Below are positions 1-9,033 of a stretch of 32,356 nt of DNA, one piece after another. The number at the start of each line of letters is the position of its first letter. Within the stretch, counting starts at the first letter, position 1. The DNA is from a virus (taxonomy: Duplodnaviria > Caudoviricetes). A program made the translations under genes and the position numbers. Where the stretch lies: the IMG/VR virus record IMGVR_UViG_3300028284_000020, positions 1 to 32,356 of that record, one strand, 5' to 3'. The notes under the pieces are model-generated. The model worked only from the letters and a program-made list of their open reading frames with translations. It did not search any database and was not told the origin of the DNA.

Positions 1-476
1 TGATAGTCACGAACCACACATATGATGTGATTGGTTCTATGTTCCCTCAGAAAGAAATGGGTGGTGGTAGTGGACTCAAGTACGCTGCATCATCAATCAT
101 ATTCTTATCTAAGAAGAAAGAAAAGGAAGGAACAGAAGTAGTTGGTAATATCATTCATTGTAAGAATGCAAAGTCAAGATTGACTGTGGAAAACAGAATG
201 GTTGATGTAAGGTTATCATATGAAAAAGGACTGGATAGGTACTATGGTCTATTAGACATGGCACTTGCATTTGGAGTATTTCAGAAATCAAGTACAAGAG
301 TTCTATTACCAAACGGTAAATCTGAATTTGGTAAAACAATTAACAACAATCCCGAAAAATACTTCACACCCGATGTGATGGAAAAATTAGAGAAAGTTGC
401 AAATGAATATTTCCGATATGGTAGTAATATTGATGAAGGAATTTCAGAAGTAGATGATACCGATAACGATAGTTGA
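1..476 (+). CDS. uvsX: UvsX RecA-like recombinase, C-terminal part (5'-truncated by the window edge)
   Basis: Frame is open from base 3 ([11 protein letters not shown]...). Contains [15 protein letters not shown] and KSRLT motifs of T4-like UvsX and lies just upstream of gp41. Confidence 0.93.
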   Translation, partial: IVTNHTYDVIGSMFPQKEMGGGSGLKYAASSIIFLSKKKEKEGTEVVGNIIHCKNAKSRLTVENRMVDVRLSYEKGLDRYYGLLDMALAFGVFQKSSTRVLLPNGKSEFGKTINNNPEKYFTPDVMEKLEKVANEYFRYGSNIDEGISEVDDTDNDS

Positions 477-1107
477 TAACTTTTTAGATGAACCCCATCA
501 AATGGTGGAGTTCTCTAAACAATTAATTTTCACCCCCGAACCCGATGGTAGATGGGCTGGTATTAGGTCACCCGAACTGCGTGACATAGACCCTTTCCTA
601 TATGACAACATAAACAAAAAGGTGATTGCACTATTCCATGACATGGAAAGTATCGACCACACAGATGTAGATGTATCAATGACATTTCAAAAGATACCAT
701 CAACCCTCCATCATGGATGGGTGCATAACGATAATTGTTTCATGACTGGTATTTTATATTTAAATGAAAACCCACTAGTAAATAGTGGAACTTCATTGTA
801 TACTAGTAAAGAAGGAACACTAATCAACCTAGACCATACAGAACAAAAGAGAGCGTCTAACCTTAGAGGTTCCATAACAGAAATTGAAATGGAAGTTCAA
901 GAGGAACATAATAACCAGTTTGAGAAGACTGTTGATGTTAAAGGTAAATACAATAGGTTAACTCTATTTCACGGTAATGTCCACCATAGTGCAAACAACC
1001 TTGGACTGGACAATGGTGAAGATAGATTAACTTTGGTAATGTTTTTTCATAGGGTGATTGGTAGAGAAATGCCAATTGATAGAATGAGAACAGTGAGAAA
1101 ATTATGA
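454..1107 (+). CDS. 2OG-Fe(II) oxygenase-like protein (DUF6445-like)
   Basis: IVDNFLDEP start, WVHND (HxD), GILYL, GTSLY, YNRLTLF..VHH, RLTLVMF: the phage 2OG-Fe(II) oxygenase pattern. Confidence 0.8.
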   Translation: MIPITIVDNFLDEPHQMVEFSKQLIFTPEPDGRWAGIRSPELRDIDPFLYDNINKKVIALFHDMESIDHTDVDVSMTFQKIPSTLHHGWVHNDNCFMTGILYLNENPLVNSGTSLYTSKEGTLINLDHTEQKRASNLRGSITEIEMEVQEEHNNQFEKTVDVKGKYNRLTLFHGNVHHSANNLGLDNGEDRLTLVMFFHRVIGREMPIDRMRTVRKL

Positions 1108-2498
1108 CAGAACAGAGACGAATAGAGACAACCATATTAAAGAATTTAGTGCAGAGTGAAGAGTTTGCACGAAAGACTATTCCATTTGTAAAGGACGAAT
1201 ACTTTACTGAACCCGATGAAAGAATCATCTTTCAAGAAGTTAAAGCATACTTTGAAAAGTATACTAACATCCCAACTGCAGAAGCCCTACTGATTAATTT
1301 AGATAACAATTCGAAGATACCCGAAACGGTTCTGAAAAATGCAAAGACAGTTTGTTCAAACATTCAAAAAGACAAAGAAGAGACACCTCAGAAATGGTTG
1401 ATAGACGAAACAGAACAATGGTGCAAAGATAGAGCAATCTATATTGCAGTCATGGAGAGTATCGAAGTTATTGATAAGACCTCAAAAAGGTCTACAGGGG
1501 AAATACCCGAATTACTTAAAGATGCACTTGCAATATCATTTGACACACACATTGGTCATGATGTATTAGAAGATTCAGATGCTCGATGGGAGTTCTATAA
1601 TACTGAAGAAGAGAAGATTCCATTCGACTTGGAATACTTCAACAAAGTTACTAAGGGTGGTTTACCGAATAAAACCTTGAATATCTGCCTTGCAGGAACA
1701 GGTGTCGGTAAATCCCTTTTCATGTGTCACATGGCATCTAGTCACTTGATGATGAACAAGAATGTGTTATACATTACACTTGAAATGTCAGAAGAGAAGA
1801 TTGCAGAGAGAATTGATGCAAATATTCTTAATGTTCCTATCCAAGATTTAGCAGGATTGAACAAGTCAATGTATGGTAAGAAGGTAGAGAAACTTAAAGG
1901 TAAGACTACTGGTAAACTTATCATCAAAGAATACCCAACTGCAGCGGCTCATGTTGGACACTTCAGACATCTATTACAAGAGTTGGAAATTAAGAAAGAC
2001 TTTAAACCCGACATGATATTCATCGATTACCTTAACATATGTGCATCTCACAGGATTAAGCCTGGTGCTGGTGCAAACAGTTATACACTAGTTAAGAGTA
2101 TTGCAGAGGAGTTGAGAGGACTTGCAGTGGAGTTTGATGTACCAATCATGAGTGCAACACAAACAACAAGAAGTGGTTATGGTTCAACAGATGTGGAACT
2201 TACAGATACCTCAGAGTCATTCGGATTACCTGCAACTGCAGACTTTATGTTTGCATTAATCTCCTCAGAAGAATTAGAAGAGTTAGACCAAATGGTAGTC
2301 AAACAGTTAAAGAATAGATACAATGACCCAACCATATTCAAAAGGTTCGTCATAGGTGTCGATAGAAGTCGTATGAAGTTGTACGATTGTGAACAAGAAG
2401 CTCAAGAAGAGTTAATTGAAAATACTAATTCATACGATGACTCCATCCCTGTTGCAGACAGAGGAAGAAGTTCAAAGTTTGGTGATTTTAAAATATAG
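1104..2498 (+). CDS. gp41: Replicative DNA helicase (T4 gp41, DnaB-like)
   Basis: Walker A AGTGVGKS, YITLEM, IFIDYLNI, SATQTTR, SESFGLPATAD, QLKNRY. Confidence 0.97.
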   Translation: MTEQRRIETTILKNLVQSEEFARKTIPFVKDEYFTEPDERIIFQEVKAYFEKYTNIPTAEALLINLDNNSKIPETVLKNAKTVCSNIQKDKEETPQKWLIDETEQWCKDRAIYIAVMESIEVIDKTSKRSTGEIPELLKDALAISFDTHIGHDVLEDSDARWEFYNTEEEKIPFDLEYFNKVTKGGLPNKTLNICLAGTGVGKSLFMCHMASSHLMMNKNVLYITLEMSEEKIAERIDANILNVPIQDLAGLNKSMYGKKVEKLKGKTTGKLIIKEYPTAAAHVGHFRHLLQELEIKKDFKPDMIFIDYLNICASHRIKPGAGANSYTLVKSIAEELRGLAVEFDVPIMSATQTTRSGYGSTDVELTDTSESFGLPATADFMFALISSEELEELDQMVVKQLKNRYNDPTIFKRFVIGVDRSRMKLYDCEQEAQEELIENTNSYDDSIPVADRGRSSKFGDFKI

Positions 2499-2507
2499 GA
2501 GAAGGAA

Positions 2508-3080
2508 ATGACAAATAGAGAAATTTTATTAGCAGATGGATGGACTCCATTATCCCAAAAGGGATTTGGTGACCATGCAGAAGTTGAATCAAGATTAGAG
2601 AAAGGTGTATCATGGGATGATGCAGGACAGAATGTAGGAAAACTAGACCAAGAGATGGAACCTGCATTTTATGTATGGACAAATCTAAATTGGCAGTTTC
2701 CCGATGATGTAGGATTTTCGGGTTGGAAAGTTATTGACAAACATCTTTCATGGGCGAATGAAATAAGTTGGTGGCATTCTACACAATTACAAGCACCTTA
2801 CACTCATTGTGGAGGCCCTTTCAGAGCTGCATGTGCAGATTATGCTATGGGTGGATGTGCATTATTTCAACAACAAAAATTCTGTCCCACAACAAAGTTA
2901 GAAGTAACTTATGAGGGTGCAATTAAAGTTGGAGAAGTTCTTGAAACACTACAGACAAGTGTAAAGGTAATAGACGAAGGTCGTACATTGGTGCAAGAAG
3001 GTATCCAAAGAATCTATGGAACAGACACTATTATTGGACATTTTACAAGTACCCATTATATACCTAAACCTAAAAGTTAA
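2508..3080 (+). CDS. Hot-dog fold (PaaI-like thioesterase) protein
   Basis: HCGG..AACADYAMGGCA..PTTKLEVTY..IKVGEVL..V..EGR matches the PaaI pattern. AGGAG/AAGGA RBS. Confidence 0.6.
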   Translation: MTNREILLADGWTPLSQKGFGDHAEVESRLEKGVSWDDAGQNVGKLDQEMEPAFYVWTNLNWQFPDDVGFSGWKVIDKHLSWANEISWWHSTQLQAPYTHCGGPFRAACADYAMGGCALFQQQKFCPTTKLEVTYEGAIKVGEVLETLQTSVKVIDEGRTLVQEGIQRIYGTDTIIGHFTSTHYIPKPKS

Positions 3081-3117
3081 TAAGATAAATGACCTAAATA
3101 GTATTAGGTTAAACATT

Positions 3118-3294
3118 ATGAGTAAATTTTTGAATCAAACAGACGTTATTGACATTCTATCAAGGAAGATAGAAGTCAAAACTATGTTACGCGATGCAAA
3201 AAAAACTAAAGATGTATGCAAAATCACAAGTCTAACTACAGAATTGCATGATATCGAGTTAAAACTCAAGTCCACGCCCTTATCAAAAACATAA
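3118..3294 (+). CDS. Small hypothetical coiled-coil protein
   Basis: In-frame ATG at 3118 downstream of TAAATA (3095-3100). Preferred over the track start at 3016, which overlaps the previous gene. Confidence 0.55.
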   Translation: MSKFLNQTDVIDILSRKIEVKTMLRDAKKTKDVCKITSLTTELHDIELKLKSTPLSKT

Positions 3295-3325
3295 ATAGTA
3301 GGTAACTTAACAGGAACCTACTTTA

Positions 3326-4525
3326 ATGGCAGTCACAAACGTACATTTAGAACATCTAGAAGACGAAATCATCAACAATGGTATTGCAGGTGGTCGTGCA
3401 TCTATCAACTTCCTGAGAGAACTTAGGGACATGTTAAAAGGACATGCAACAGGTAGAGTCAAGATGACTGTTAAATGGGATGGTGCTCCTGCTATATTCT
3501 GCGGGCCACATCCCGAGACTAAAGAATTCTTTGTTGCAAAGAAATCCCTATTCAATAAAGAACCATTATTCTACACATCCGAACAACAAATCAAAGATGC
3601 ACCCGAACTTAAGGGTAGTTTAGAAGAGAAGTTTTTAACATCATTTAAATACCTATCCAAGATGGGAATGAAAGAAATCCTACAGGGTGATTTGATGTAC
3701 ACTAACGACAAGTCTAGTGAGACGATAGATGATAAGAAGTATCTCACATTTCACCCCAATACAATCTTATATGCAGTTCTTGAAGGTTCGAAACTTTATA
3801 ATGAAATCAACTCAACGAAAATGGGTATCGTCTTCCACACAACTTATTCAGGGTCTACTATAGAATCACTAAGTGCATCGTTTGGTGCAAATGCACCCAA
3901 GTCTACATCAGATGTTTGGACTGATGATGCAACATACAAGGATGTGACTGGTTACGGAAACATGACTGCAAAGGAAACACTTCAGTTAACCAATGCACTT
4001 ACTTCGACTGGTAAAAATTTCCATGGTATAACAAACAAAGACCTTAAGAAGTTTAATGATGTTCAAAATGTTCTCAACAGTAAAGGAGCTGCAGGTGCAT
4101 CATACAAGACATACACTAATACACTTGTCCGTGCAGGTAAGTGGAACCCTAACGGAAAGGACTACCTCACCCATGTAGAGAAATACTGGAAAGATAAGAT
4201 AGTTGCAAAAGTTAAGATGCAGAAGACTAAAGACATCAAGATACAGATTGGTAAGGATGTTATGAGAGACTTAAACTCCATCAAAGTGATGATTGATAAC
4301 CTTGCAAAATTCCAAGGTGGGTTGATAGAGTCAAAATCCCTTATTGTTACAGCACTAAATAGAGTAAAGAGTATTGGAACCTTCGTGAAGGTAGATAACG
4401 GATTTAAAGTAGTTAATCCTGAAGGATATGTTGCAATCGACTCAGACGGAAGTGCAGTTAAATTAGTTGACAGGATGGAATTCTCTATGAATAACTTCAA
4501 CGCTGCAAAAGCATGGGACAAGTAA
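3326..4525 (+). CDS. Conserved T4-like phage protein (DUF6267-like) with ATP-dependent ligase-type nucleotidyltransferase motifs
   Basis: NVHLEHLED start, TVKWDGAP (KxDG motif I), LQGDLMY (III), EGYV (IV), AVKLV (V). Late-type TAAATA at 3292. Confidence 0.7.
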   Translation: MAVTNVHLEHLEDEIINNGIAGGRASINFLRELRDMLKGHATGRVKMTVKWDGAPAIFCGPHPETKEFFVAKKSLFNKEPLFYTSEQQIKDAPELKGSLEEKFLTSFKYLSKMGMKEILQGDLMYTNDKSSETIDDKKYLTFHPNTILYAVLEGSKLYNEINSTKMGIVFHTTYSGSTIESLSASFGANAPKSTSDVWTDDATYKDVTGYGNMTAKETLQLTNALTSTGKNFHGITNKDLKKFNDVQNVLNSKGAAGASYKTYTNTLVRAGKWNPNGKDYLTHVEKYWKDKIVAKVKMQKTKDIKIQIGKDVMRDLNSIKVMIDNLAKFQGGLIESKSLIVTALNRVKSIGTFVKVDNGFKVVNPEGYVAIDSDGSAVKLVDRMEFSMNNFNAAKAWDK

Positions 4526-5808
4526 TGAAAAGTTTTAAATCCATATTCGAAGCAAAAGAAAAGAGTGCAGTGTTTACTTTTGGTAGATTCAATCCACCTA
4601 CAGTTGGACATGCAAAATTAATAGAAAAGTTAAAAAACTCTACCAGTGGTGGTTTTGAACCTCTAGTGTTCATGTCACACTCACAAGACTCCAAGAAGAA
4701 TCCATTAGATTATAAAACTAAATGGAACTTTATGAATAAATTCTTCGGTAAGAAGGTGGGTATTGTGAACACTAAAGCACGACAAGTGTTTGAAATTGCA
4801 ACTGCACTACAAGACCAAGGTTACAGTAAGGTTAGAATGGTGGTTGGTTCAGACAGAATTAAAGAATTTGAGATGTTACTCAACAAATACAATGGTGTGA
4901 AAGGAAAACATGGTTACTATAAGTTTGATTCAATTAATATTATATCTGCAGGGGAAAGAGACCCCGACTCCGATGACGTAAGTGGAATGTCTGCATCTAA
5001 AATGAGACAAGCTGCATCAGATGGGGATTATGATTCCTTTGAATCGGGTGTCCCCGATAAAAAACATGCAAAGACACTTTGGAAGGCAGTAAAAAAGGGA
5101 ATGAACATCTCAGAGAGTACACTACCATCTTACATGCAAGAGGACTTACTTAATGAAGGAGTCTATGACCAAGGTATATTTAAAGCAGTCTTTCTAATGG
5201 GAGGCCCAGGCAGTGGTAAATCAGAAGTGGTTGATGGTCTTTCCCTTAAATCATTGGGACTTAAATTAGTTAATACAGATAATGCATTTGAGAAAGGTCT
5301 TAAGAAAGCAGGATTATCATTAGACCTATCTAAGAACGACCCTAAAGACTATGACCCTATCCGTGCAAGAGCAAAGGCGACCACTAAAATAGGTATGGAC
5401 TTGTATATCGGTAACAGACTGGGACTTATCTTTGACACTACTAGTGCAAACGACAGTAAGATTAAAGCATATAAGAAACATTTAGATGCACTTGGATATG
5501 AATCTAAGATGATTTATGTTCAAACATCACTAGAAAATGCACAAAAACGAAATCAAATGAGACCTCGTAAAGTTCCACCCGAAATTGTTACTGGAGATTG
5601 GAACAAATCAAATGCAAATGCAATCAAATTGCAAAAGTTGTTTGGTAGAGACTTCATTAAGATAGAGAATGATGATACACTTGCATCACTTAGACAGAAG
5701 ACAAATGGTCTTTATGGTAAACTCATGTCATGGACTACCATATTCCCTTCAAACAAACCTGCTCTCTCTTGGAAACAACGAGAGTTACATCTCAAAAAGA
5801 CTAAATAG
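4525..5808 (+). CDS. Fusion of a cytidyltransferase/NadD-like (HIGH-family) nucleotidyltransferase and a zeta-toxin/AAA_33-like P-loop kinase
   Basis: FGRFNPPTVGH, VVGSDR and MSASKMR, followed by FLMGGPGSGKS, LIFDTT and RNQMRPRKVP. Start placed at the TAATG overlap (4525). Confidence 0.85.
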   Translation: MKSFKSIFEAKEKSAVFTFGRFNPPTVGHAKLIEKLKNSTSGGFEPLVFMSHSQDSKKNPLDYKTKWNFMNKFFGKKVGIVNTKARQVFEIATALQDQGYSKVRMVVGSDRIKEFEMLLNKYNGVKGKHGYYKFDSINIISAGERDPDSDDVSGMSASKMRQAASDGDYDSFESGVPDKKHAKTLWKAVKKGMNISESTLPSYMQEDLLNEGVYDQGIFKAVFLMGGPGSGKSEVVDGLSLKSLGLKLVNTDNAFEKGLKKAGLSLDLSKNDPKDYDPIRARAKATTKIGMDLYIGNRLGLIFDTTSANDSKIKAYKKHLDALGYESKMIYVQTSLENAQKRNQMRPRKVPPEIVTGDWNKSNANAIKLQKLFGRDFIKIENDDTLASLRQKTNGLYGKLMSWTTIFPSNKPALSWKQRELHLKKTK

Positions 5809-5812
5809 TATT

Positions 5813-7144
5813 ATGGATTTATTAAACGATATATTAAAAGTACAGAAACTTGCACGAGAGGATAAAATTCAGTCTTTTCAATCAATGTTTACGGAAGAAC
5901 CCGTCGCAGTCAAAGCTGCTCATGCAAAAGCAAAACAGGTTCAAGAGTTGGAAGACCTTAAAGTTAAACAAGAAAAGGAACTTGAATCGTTAAAAGATAG
6001 ACATGAGAGAGAGAATTCTAAACTTGGATTAGAGAAAGAGAAAGAGTCCGAGAATATTGCAATTCAAAAGAAAAGAGATGCAACAAGAAAGGCAAACGAG
6101 TCAGTTGAATTAGAAGAATCAAAGGTGACTTGTCCCGAATGTGATGGAAAAGGTTGTGACCATTGTGACGATACTGGTTATCACATAAAGGAAGGTAAGT
6201 TAGTAACTTCAGCTGTAGATATCATTAAATTGATTACTAAAAAAGTTGCAGCCAGATTAGAAAAAGAGTATAGTAGTAATCCCGAGAAAGGTCTTGGTAT
6301 GATTAACACTATCGGTTCAATGGTTGGACATAAAGTTACAGACCAAAAACAACAAAAGGGTAAGTTATTCCTTAAGTTCGGTGAAGAGTTAGAAGAAGGT
6401 AAAGAAGAGTATATTATGAAGAAAGGTAATTTTACTCGTAAGGTTGATGGTAAGACTTCCGATAAAATGAAAAGACAAGGTTGGAAATTGGTTGCAAAGG
6501 AAGGCATTGAAGAAGGTAAGAAAATTCAAGACATTGCTCGTAAGCATAAAAGGGAACTTCAGAAAATACAAAAAAGTGGTAACCTAGAGCTATCTAAGAA
6601 AGCAGAAGACGAATTATACCAATGGGCATCAAACAGTGGTGAGATTCATGGAGATGAAGAAGATGAATTTTGGGATTGGATAGATAGTAACCTTGACGAT
6701 TTAGTTAAAGGTAAAATCAAAGAAGAACTGGAAGAACGACATGCAGATGTAATGAGAAAGAGAAATCAGTCTCAACAAAAAGCACATCAAAAAGCAATGA
6801 TGAAGTCTGCAAAAAAGTCTATCAAAGACTATGATGCAAAGAATAAGAACAAAAACGAGGAGTCTGAAGTAGAAGAAGACAGAGACTACAAAAAGGAATA
6901 TGAGTCATATCATAAAGACCCCGAACAAATTAAAAGACGTGCAAAGAGAAACGAAGCACGAAGAAGTTTAAAAAATCAGAAGAAACTTACTGCTGATAAA
7001 GACGTACATCATAAGGATAACAATCCTATGAACAACGACAAATCTAATCTGAGTATCGTTACTCAAAATTATAACAGAAAAGAACCTCGTATGAGGGACA
7101 AACTAAAGGAAAAGGGGTGCTTACCAAATGCCAAACGGAAATAA
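5813..7144 (+). CDS. Multi-module putative internal head protein (coiled coil, DnaJ-like CxxC Zn knuckle, basic modules, C-terminal HNH domain)
   Basis: Start at 5813, 5 nt after TAAATA. Contains CPECDGKGCDHCDDTG and DVHHKDNNPMNN..NL..N, with ELEE/IKE/IEE/VEE linkers. Confidence 0.75.
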   Translation: MDLLNDILKVQKLAREDKIQSFQSMFTEEPVAVKAAHAKAKQVQELEDLKVKQEKELESLKDRHERENSKLGLEKEKESENIAIQKKRDATRKANESVELEESKVTCPECDGKGCDHCDDTGYHIKEGKLVTSAVDIIKLITKKVAARLEKEYSSNPEKGLGMINTIGSMVGHKVTDQKQQKGKLFLKFGEELEEGKEEYIMKKGNFTRKVDGKTSDKMKRQGWKLVAKEGIEEGKKIQDIARKHKRELQKIQKSGNLELSKKAEDELYQWASNSGEIHGDEEDEFWDWIDSNLDDLVKGKIKEELEERHADVMRKRNQSQQKAHQKAMMKSAKKSIKDYDAKNKNKNEESEVEEDRDYKKEYESYHKDPEQIKRRAKRNEARRSLKNQKKLTADKDVHHKDNNPMNNDKSNLSIVTQNYNRKEPRMRDKLKEKGCLPNAKRK

Positions 7145-8738
7145 AACAGATAACGGAGTTCTAGAAATAGGAACAGATGAGATAGTATCATCGTTCAAAG
7201 AGGACACGCCAGGTGAGAATGTGAAAGAATATCTTGCACAAGCTAGACTCTCCAATGAAGAGAAAAAGTCTGAAAGAAAGAAGAATTTTTCTCAAGTATT
7301 TGACAACCCTTTAAAAGGTTTTCCATACAACGAAGAGATTGAGGTTACCCCTATAAAAGAAGGTAATATGCAGGTCGAAGGAGACCCATATGTACCTCAA
7401 AAGAAGGGTGTGAACAAGAACATTGCAAACTACTGGAATAAAGAGATTAAAGGATTAACACCAAAAGAATTGGAAGCAATCCAATCCATGTATATGATAA
7501 CAGACCATAGTGGTGTTGTTCAAATGTACAAAGCAGGTAAAAGAGACTTTATTAAATCTATAAAAGAAGAAGTAGTATTAGAAGATTACAAAAAAGTAAT
7601 CAAAATGTATCCAAGTGATAACGACTGGAAAAAACTCATCACAAAACACAAACGTGCAATTGACGATTTCAGAAAAAACAACAAGGATTTACCTTCTAAA
7701 GTAGAAGACGAATTACTAGGTTGGGCATCACAAACTGGTGAAGTCAGTGGTAAACACGATGCAGAAGACTTCATAATGTCAATCCTTGATGAATCAACAA
7801 TTTCAGAGAACTATAGAGTTCTTGCAAAACACGGTATGGGTGCAGAAACTAAGAACTCAATTAAAGTTGGTACAGAAGTAGATTACTACCAAAAAGATGG
7901 TGCCAAGTACATGGGTAAAATCACCAAGATGACTCCAAAAGGTTACATCGTAAGAGACGACAAGACTAAGAAAGACCATGAGTTCACATATCACGACAGA
8001 AATGCAGCCAAGAAACTTCTAAAACAAGGTGATAACCTTGGAGAAGGTTCAATGGATGGTCAGAAATTAACTGGACAAGAGATATCTACTTACTTCAGAA
8101 AGAACCCAACGAAAGATAAGGACACCAAGAAAGCTATCGAGATTGCACTTGACCATGGTGGTGCAATGACTTATGCAATCAAACAGATTGAAAAGTTCAA
8201 AAAAGGATTCTCTAAGAAGAAAGAAGTACAGAAAGCACTCCAGTACGCAAACGAAGAAGTTAAGTACAAACTAAATGTAGGTGTTGTATTCACTGAAGAC
8301 ACACACCCATGTAAAGGTCTATCAGAAGATGACCCATGTTGGAAAGACTACAAACAAGTAGGAATGAAGAAGATGAATGGAAAAGACGTTCCGAATTGTG
8401 TTCCTAAAGAAGGTGTTATGGACGATGAACCACTAAAAGACAAGTATCCTTTCCAAAAGAAATTCTCAGTAGAGAGTACTTTCAGAGAAATGTTCGAAGA
8501 AGAACTGAAGGAAGAAACGATTGTTTATAAAGTTAAGGGTATACAGAAACCTGAAACAGATAAGTTTAACCAGTCTGCAAAGTTGATGAAGTTAAAAGTA
8601 TCATTCAAGAAAGAAGGTAGTGATACTCATGTAACTATGACTGGTAATAAGAAACAGTTAAGAGACTTTGACTCAGTTGCAAGAGGTAAATCTTCATACG
8701 GTGACCCATCAACAATAACACATTTTGACGAGAAATAA
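7128..8738 (+). CDS. Multi-module putative internal head protein
   Basis: 536-aa ORF of Lys-rich modules separated by acidic xxE linkers. Includes an SH3-like segment and PCWKDYKQVGMK...VPNCVP. Confidence 0.75.
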   Translation: MPNGNKTDNGVLEIGTDEIVSSFKEDTPGENVKEYLAQARLSNEEKKSERKKNFSQVFDNPLKGFPYNEEIEVTPIKEGNMQVEGDPYVPQKKGVNKNIANYWNKEIKGLTPKELEAIQSMYMITDHSGVVQMYKAGKRDFIKSIKEEVVLEDYKKVIKMYPSDNDWKKLITKHKRAIDDFRKNNKDLPSKVEDELLGWASQTGEVSGKHDAEDFIMSILDESTISENYRVLAKHGMGAETKNSIKVGTEVDYYQKDGAKYMGKITKMTPKGYIVRDDKTKKDHEFTYHDRNAAKKLLKQGDNLGEGSMDGQKLTGQEISTYFRKNPTKDKDTKKAIEIALDHGGAMTYAIKQIEKFKKGFSKKKEVQKALQYANEEVKYKLNVGVVFTEDTHPCKGLSEDDPCWKDYKQVGMKKMNGKDVPNCVPKEGVMDDEPLKDKYPFQKKFSVESTFREMFEEELKEETIVYKVKGIQKPETDKFNQSAKLMKLKVSFKKEGSDTHVTMTGNKKQLRDFDSVARGKSSYGDPSTITHFDEK

Positions 8739-8739
8739 C

Positions 8740-9033
8740 ATGAAATCATTAGTGCAAATAATTAAAGAACGTAATGCAAGTGTAAACTTAGACGAAGACT
8801 TAATGGTCGAAATGGTAAATATAAACAAGTTAAGAGAGTTGCCAGATAATGTTCAGAAACAAATCATGGATGCAAAAAAGGAATATGACACTGCATGGTC
8901 GGGTGTATTTGTTCCTATGGGTGATGAAGGTACTTCTCAAAGAAAATTTTACGAAAAACAAGGTCAAAAATTCAAAGACGCATCTAAAAACTATAAAGCA
9001 CTACTTACAAAACATAAAGTAATGGCGAAGTAA
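8740..9033 (+). CDS. Hypothetical protein, possible internal head protein
   Basis: In-frame ATG at 8740 just after the previous stop gives MKSLVQIIKE...NLDE. Its stop overlaps the next ATG. Confidence 0.65.
   Translation: MKSLVQIIKERNASVNLDEDLMVEMVNINKLRELPDNVQKQIMDAKKEYDTAWSGVFVPMGDEGTSQRKFYEKQGQKFKDASKNYKALLTKHKVMAK

Noticed and set aside
5161-5808. Zeta toxin-antitoxin system
   Set aside because: The kinase resembles the zeta/AAA_33 family but is fused to a transferase in a late phage operon with no epsilon-like partner. Its substrate cannot be inferred.
5669-5812. Upstream extension of the 491-aa ORF
   Set aside because: It overlaps the kinase gene by 140 nt. The ATG at 5813 follows TAAATA at the conserved 5-nt spacing.
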